22,196 bases of DNA from a virus, in the IMG/VR virus record IMGVR_UViG_3300031578_000376, positions 1-22,196 of that record. One strand, given 5' to 3'. The position numbers and the translations under genes are program-made. Within the stretch, counting starts at the first letter, position 1, and every line of letters starts with the position of its first letter. This document shows, piece after piece, positions 21,313-22,196 of the stretch. The notes under the pieces are model-generated. The model had not been told where the DNA came from and ran no database searches. It saw nothing but the letters and a program-made list of their open reading frames with translations.

Positions 21313-22196
21313 CTACTGCTTTACGGGGGGCTGCTTTTCGGTGTCCCACCAGTCGCGATTAATGCGAGCGGCGAGCTGTCTGTAGCTGAGCGTCCCAGAC
21401 AGCGGCTTGGACGCCTTGGCCGCCTTTGACGGCTTAGCCTCCGCTGCTGTCTCTGCGCTCTTGTTCGGATCTGCCTCAGAGCCGACGTCATCCTCCGCTA
21501 CTTCTTTGAGCGTCCAGCTTAGCCCCTTTTCCGTGATCTCCATGTCAAAGTAGTTGTTTTCGGCGTCCGGGCCGAACTCGAACTTGCTGCCCACAGGCCA
21601 GGCTCGCGATAGGTTTAAGGCCAGTTTGTCCGCCACGCTTTTCTGGGTGTGCCCGACGACCATGTAGACCTTAGGCTGAAACAGCTCCATCGAGCAGGCC
21701 GCGGCGCTAAAGGCGTCAAGCACCAAAATGGTGATGCGCTTTTTGTGGTCCGCCTTGGCCTTGCGCGCACTTTCGGCTTGAACGGTGCGTGAGTCGACTA
21801 CCTTGGAGGCGCGTTTGACTTCGGCTGGCGGCTCCCATAATTTCTCCAGCGTCAGCTGGCGCCCGGGGTCTTGCTTGAACATGGCCTCCATGACAGACGA
21901 ACCGCCCACATCGCACAGGTCAAAATAGTGACAGCACCCATAGCGCCCCACGCATGACTCATGATTTTTTGGCCACTTGGTAATGTCGTTTCGAACCTCA
22001 GGGGTAAACAGCCTGCGGTAAAACTCGGTGGCGTAGGGAATCATCTCGTCGCGATAAAAGTGCTCGAGTGTATCCTCGTCGACCACAGTCTCCACGCGGA
22101 AAAACGACTTGTCCGGGCTAGGATCTTTGTGTTTGGCGGCCACAGAAAAGATCATCCCCACAAAGGGCCCAAACATCTCGGGCTCCGTCGATCTAG
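21313..22196 (-). CDS. hypothetical protein, probably 5'-partial; possible Cas4/RecB-type Cys cluster followed by an uncharacterised, K/A-rich C-terminal region
   Basis: The frame stays open upstream of the ATG at 22176 as far as the window edge. CVGRYGCCHYFDLC resembles the C-terminal Fe-S Cys cluster of PD-(D/E)XK Cas4-like phage exonucleases. The nuclease core, if present, lies outside the window. Confidence 0.35.
   Translation of the reverse strand, partial: RSTEPEMFGPFVGMIFSVAAKHKDPSPDKSFFRVETVVDEDTLEHFYRDEMIPYATEFYRRLFTPEVRNDITKWPKNHESCVGRYGCCHYFDLCDVGGSSVMEAMFKQDPGRQLTLEKLWEPPAEVKRASKVVDSRTVQAESARKAKADHKKRITILVLDAFSAAACSMELFQPKVYMVVGHTQKSVADKLALNLSRAWPVGSKFEFGPDAENNYFDMEITEKGLSWTLKEVAEDDVGSEADPNKSAETAAEAKPSKAAKASKPLSGTLSYRQLAARINRDWWDTEKQPPVKQ

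Noticed and set aside
1-22196. Stop-codon reassignment, prompted by the odd tRNA-like anticodon loop
   Set aside because: All motif-bearing genes in the window are intact under the standard code, with no in-frame TAA, TAG or TGA interruptions. Nothing here supports recoding, although genes outside the window cannot be assessed.

Overview
The window reads as a densely packed, phage-like (virus or prophage) region. No rRNA, CRISPR array, integrase or transposase is visible. Coding runs in five alternating strand blocks: minus 1-5427, plus 5706-9389, minus 9393-12850, plus 12992-14708, minus 14674-22196.

Recognisable content is a DNA replication, recombination and repair set:
- calcineurin-type metallophosphoesterase
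- family-4 uracil-DNA glycosylase
- DUF669-like putative SSB next to a Sak4-like (AAA_24) ATPase
- SNF2 helicase
- AAA_25/RepA-like ATPase
- UvrD-like helicase interrupted by an intein
- a 5'-partial gene with a possible Cas4/RecB-type Cys cluster

Accessory genes include a PTH2-like peptidyl-tRNA hydrolase next to tRNA-like genes, a vWA-domain protein, a Nudix hydrolase, a DUF488-like protein, a YkgJ-type Cys-cluster protein and many small hypothetical proteins.

Signals most worth follow-up:
1. A conserved module of about 75 nt with a poly-G tract, present in opposite orientation ahead of two gene blocks.
2. A 4 x 11-bp iteron array.
3. A 414-bp AT-rich non-coding region carrying clustered CCTAWTAGG motifs and a 14-bp inverted repeat (candidate origin or control region).
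4. A tRNA-like gene with a 9-nt anticodon loop, beside a degenerate tRNA-like element and a PTH2-like gene that lacks a canonical start codon.
5. A 324-codon intein inserted in helicase motif III.
6. Q/P-rich low-complexity domains, encoded partly by perfect 33-bp tandem repeats, on adjacent recombination proteins.

All functional calls rest on motifs read by eye. No database search was run.
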